Shown one piece after another: positions 8,749-11,150 of a stretch of DNA of 11,150 bases. Source of the stretch: a virus (lineage: Duplodnaviria > Heunggongvirae > Uroviricota > Caudoviricetes); IMG/VR virus record IMGVR_UViG_2558860288_000004, positions 1 to 11,150 of that record. One strand, 5' to 3'. How positions within the stretch are numbered: position 1 is the first letter of the stretch; each line of letters opens with the position of its first letter. A program made the translations under genes and the position numbers. The notes beneath the pieces were generated by a model, which saw only the letters and a list, made by a program, of their open reading frames with translations, had not been told where the DNA came from and ran no database searches.

Positions 8749-9906
8749 TCACTCCACCTTTTCATCAATCCAGTCCGCCCACCACTGCATCATTTCTCTG
8801 CGCTTATCGAGATACTGAGCATGGTTGTAAATTCCACGTACAGATCCGCCGTTGGCATGTGCCAGTTGCACTTCAATAGCATCAGCAGGCCATTCGTGCT
8901 CGTTCATAATCGTGCTGAATTCATGCCTGAATCCGTGACCGCTTTCCAGACCTTCATAGCCGATTTGTTTGATCACAAGCAATACCGCGTTCTCGCAGAT
9001 TGGCTTCTTCTTATCGTTGCGCCCGGCAAAAACAAACTCTGAGACTGGTTTGGTGATTGAGCTTAGCGTAGTGAGAAGTTCAACTACCTGGTCTGACATA
9101 GGAACCACATGAATTTTGCGTCCCTTCATCACATTGGCGTCGATGGTGATAATCCTGTTTTCAAAATCGACGTTCTTCCATAGCATGGAACGAAGCTCTT
9201 TTGTCCTGAGGGCTGTGTAGCGTAAAACTTTGGTCGCAATGAGCGATACGATGCTTCCTGAAAATGTTGCCAGTGCTTTGTTAAATGCCGGGATCTGGTC
9301 TGCAGGAAGAAACGGGAAGTTTTTCTTGCGGTATCCCTTCATGGCGTCAGCAAGGTCAGGTGCCGGGTTATATTTAGCCCTACCAGTGACAATAGCGTAA
9401 CGGAAAACCTCGCCGCATCTTCTGCGGGCTTTATTTGCTCGCTCCATTGCACCGCGATCTTCAAATCTGCGGATTACTTCCAGCAGTTGCATCGGCTCAA
9501 TATCCTGAATTTCAAGGCCGCCGATGATAGGTAAAATGTCGTCATCAAACATTTTTGCAAGTTCAGTCGCATAGCCTACTGACCAGACTTGCTTCTTGTG
9601 CTCGTACCATTCCTTGTAAATCGCACTAAAGGAATTGTTGTTAGACGAGGCCTTTTTCGCTTTTACCGGATCGATGCCAACCGAGATGTCTTTCCTCGCA
9701 GTCCATGCTTTATCCCTTGCCTCCTGCAAAGTCATAAGCGGATATTTTCCGACGGTCAGGATTTTCTCCTTACCGTCAATCTTGTAGCGAAGCTGCCAGA
9801 CCTTTTTCCCTGATACAGGGACATAAAGGTACAGGCCATTACCATCGAGAAGGCGGTATGGTTTTTCTTTCGGCTTTGCTGCTTCAATCTGCTTAACGGT
9901 GAGCAT
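8749..9906 (-). CDS. intS: Tyrosine site-specific recombinase (phage integrase, P4-like family), argW-associated
   Basis: N-terminus from the ATG at 9906, MLTVKQIEAAKPKEKPYRLLDGNGLYLYVPVSGKKVWQLRYKIDGKEK, is the canonical P4-family arm-binding start. C-terminal catalytic region has RTKELRSM ... HGFRHEFST ... VRGIYNHAQY (Arg/His-x-x-Arg/Tyr signature). The resulting 385 aa, adjacent to argW, matches my recollection of E. coli IntS. The ORF track's longer frame (GTG at 9942) adds 12 residues I consider unlikely. Stop TGA at 8749-8751. Confidence 0.85.
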   Translation of the reverse strand: MLTVKQIEAAKPKEKPYRLLDGNGLYLYVPVSGKKVWQLRYKIDGKEKILTVGKYPLMTLQEARDKAWTARKDISVGIDPVKAKKASSNNNSFSAIYKEWYEHKKQVWSVGYATELAKMFDDDILPIIGGLEIQDIEPMQLLEVIRRFEDRGAMERANKARRRCGEVFRYAIVTGRAKYNPAPDLADAMKGYRKKNFPFLPADQIPAFNKALATFSGSIVSLIATKVLRYTALRTKELRSMLWKNVDFENRIITIDANVMKGRKIHVVPMSDQVVELLTTLSSITKPVSEFVFAGRNDKKKPICENAVLLVIKQIGYEGLESGHGFRHEFSTIMNEHEWPADAIEVQLAHANGGSVRGIYNHAQYLDKRREMMQWWADWIDEKVE

Positions 9907-10002
9907 GGGTAAAAATCCGGTGGGTAAAATTATTTTATCCACTTTTTACCCGTCATGGAGTGCGGCTGTCAACGATCTGACGCGAACCATGACGAACCGT
10001 GA
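9907..10002. repeat. Cluster of short repeats in the int upstream region: GGGTAAAA x2 direct (9907-9914, 9922-9929) plus one inverted copy TTTTACCC (9945-9952), and tandem CGAACC(A/G)TGA x2 (9983-10002); candidate integrase arm-type or accessory-factor sites
   Basis: Read directly from the sequence. They lie between the int start and the tRNA 3' end, where P-arm binding sites are expected in tRNA-integrating phages. No functional evidence. Confidence 0.3.
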
Positions 10003-10067
10003 ATATACGGAAGGCTTGATATTCAGGGGATTTTGCGGACTGGTACGGATGGGAGCGAACTGATAAA

Positions 10068-10100
10068 TGGTGTCCCCTGCAGGAATCGAACCTGCAATTA
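10068..10100. other. Probable prophage attachment-site core (attL or attR) overlapping the 3' part of argW; exact extent not determinable from this window
   Basis: Inference from architecture: the integrase gene abuts the 3' end of the tRNA, as is usual for tRNA-integrating phages, where the phage supplies the 3' segment of the tRNA. The second copy of the core must lie outside the window, so the boundaries cannot be set. Confidence 0.35.
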
Positions 10101-10142
10101 GCCCTTAGGAGGGGCTCGTTATATCCATTTAACTAAGAGGAC
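10068..10142 (-). tRNA. argW: tRNA-Arg (anticodon CCU)
   Basis: Reverse complement of 10068-10142 reads GTCCTCTTAGTTAAATGGATATAACGAGCCCCTCCTAAGGGCTAATTGCAGGTTCGATTCCTGCAGGGGACACCA. It has a 7-bp acceptor stem (GTCCTCT/AGGGGAC), anticodon stem AGCCC/GGGCT with loop CTCCTAA (anticodon CCT), T-loop GGTTCGATTCC and an encoded CCA 3' end. Matches my recollection of E. coli argW. Confidence 0.95.
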
Positions 10143-10153
10143 AATGCGGCATG

Positions 10154-10182
10154 AGTATACCCGCTAATGGAGTGCGGGGTAA
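10154..10182 (-). promoter_or_regulatory. Candidate sigma70 promoter for argW (minus strand): -35 TTACCC, 17-nt spacer, -10 TATACT
   Basis: On the minus strand TATACT (plus 10154-10159) lies about 11 nt upstream of the mature tRNA 5' end, and TTACCC (plus 10177-10182) is 17 nt further upstream. The -10 is a 5/6 match to consensus; the -35 is weak. Confidence 0.35.
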
Positions 10183-10217
10183 GTACGCTGCCGCTCGATT
10201 GCTTAAACCCTCGCCAT

Positions 10218-11150
10218 TTATGCCGGGTTTTTATAATTTTTCTTAATGTTTTCCGCACGTTCTGCTTTTTGGCGTGCTTCTGCTTTACGCTTATTGCTCA
10301 TGTCGTTACGAATCTGTGCATGACTCATTAACGCGAAGATAAAGGTGCCGCCGCAGATGTTCCCCGCTAAAGTAGGTAGTGCGAAGGGCCAGATGAAATC
10401 GCTCCAGTGCAGCGTACCGTTAAACACCAGATAGAGGATTTCAACAGAACCGACCACGATATGGGTGGTGTCACCCAGGGCAATAAGCCAGGTCATCAAT
10501 ATAATCACCACAATCTTTGCCGCACCCGCTGCAGGAAACATCCAAACCATAGTGGCGATCAGCCAGCCGGAAATGATCGCGTTGGCAAACATCTCGCTGG
10601 GGGTGTTCTTCATCACATCCATGCCGATTTTGACAAATGCATCGCGAGTTTCTTCATTGAAGATAGGCATATATTCAAATGCCCACGCCGCAATACCTGT
10701 CCCGAGAATATTACCCAGCAGCACGACGCCCCATAACCGTATAAGTAAGCCGACGTTGCTCATTGTCGGTTTTTGCATGACGGGTAGTACCGCAGTCACG
10801 GTATTTTCGGTAAATAATTGCTGGCGGGCCATAATGACGATAATAAAACCAAAGGTATAACCGAGATTCTCCAGCAAGAAGCTGCCCGGCACACCTTCCA
10901 GTTCGACTTGAAATATCCCTTTTGCCAGTAACGAAGCGCCCATCGACAGACCCGCCGCAATGGCTGACCACAGTAGCGCCATTGCGTCGCGTTCCAGCTC
11001 TTTTTCACCATCCTGGCGGATATGCTCATGAATTGCCATCGCCCGGGAGGGGAGTCGGTCTTCATCTATTTCTATTTTTTTGCCGCGCTCTTTTTCTTCG
11101 CTCTCAACTTCAATTTCGTCGCTGTGTTGATCAATTTTGTCGTTGTCCAT
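10218..11150 (-). CDS. yfdC: Host inner-membrane protein of the formate/nitrite transporter (FNT) family, YfdC-like
   Basis: 310-aa ORF whose ATG is the last three bases of the window (11148-11150) and whose stop is TAA at 10218-10220. It has an acidic N-terminal tail and multiple hydrophobic helices, and sits next to argW on the side away from the prophage, matching my recollection of the E. coli K-12 yfdC-argW arrangement. Composition is chromosome-like, not AT-rich like the gtrC-like gene. Confidence 0.75.
   Translation of the reverse strand: MDNDKIDQHSDEIEVESEEKERGKKIEIDEDRLPSRAMAIHEHIRQDGEKELERDAMALLWSAIAAGLSMGASLLAKGIFQVELEGVPGSFLLENLGYTFGFIIVIMARQQLFTENTVTAVLPVMQKPTMSNVGLLIRLWGVVLLGNILGTGIAAWAFEYMPIFNEETRDAFVKIGMDVMKNTPSEMFANAIISGWLIATMVWMFPAAGAAKIVVIILMTWLIALGDTTHIVVGSVEILYLVFNGTLHWSDFIWPFALPTLAGNICGGTFIFALMSHAQIRNDMSNKRKAEARQKAERAENIKKNYKNPA

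Noticed and set aside
9907-9942. GTG start at 9942 for the integrase (MDKIILPTGFLP...)
   Set aside because: P4-family integrases begin at the M-LT-x-x-I-x-AAKPKEKPY motif, which here starts at the ATG at 9906. The extra 36 nt overlap the GGGTAAAA repeats and are more likely regulatory.
8821-11065. Small ORFs inside or antisense to int and yfdC (8821..9042, 9589..9813, 10407..10736, 10465..10860, 10711..10971-, 10796..11065-)
   Set aside because: Nested within confidently assigned genes in other frames or strands; no supporting features.
1-11150. CRISPR arrays, insertion sequences, or an unannotated defence or toxin-antitoxin cassette
   Set aside because: No regularly spaced direct repeats, no transposase-like ORF or terminal inverted repeats, and essentially all coding capacity is taken by the genes listed. 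The intergenic gaps (about 90, 120, 35, 150, 160 and 75 bp) are too short to hide another gene.

Overview
This window looks like the integrase-proximal end of a P22-like (short-tailed, tailspike-bearing) prophage inserted at the tRNA-Arg(CCU) gene argW of an E. coli/Shigella-type chromosome, plus the first host gene beyond it. In order: two virion DNA-ejection proteins (P22 gp20-like, cut by the window edge, and gp16-like), a solitary Mnt-like ribbon-helix-helix repressor on the opposite strand, a tailspike whose N-terminal head-binding domain is P22 gp9-like but whose receptor-binding body I cannot place, a convergent O-antigen glucosylation operon gtrA-gtrB-(type-specific gtrC-like), a P4-family tyrosine integrase, argW, and host yfdC. 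I found no unexplained coding space, so I do not see a wholly new multi-gene system. The points most worth follow-up are the tailspike receptor-binding module paired with a divergent, AT-rich type-specific Gtr transferase (a receptor-recognition plus receptor-modification pair of unknown specificity), the Mnt repressor without arc/ant, and several repeat and hairpin elements around int and argW. All identifications rest on the supplied ORF translations and recalled family signatures; no database search or computation was run.
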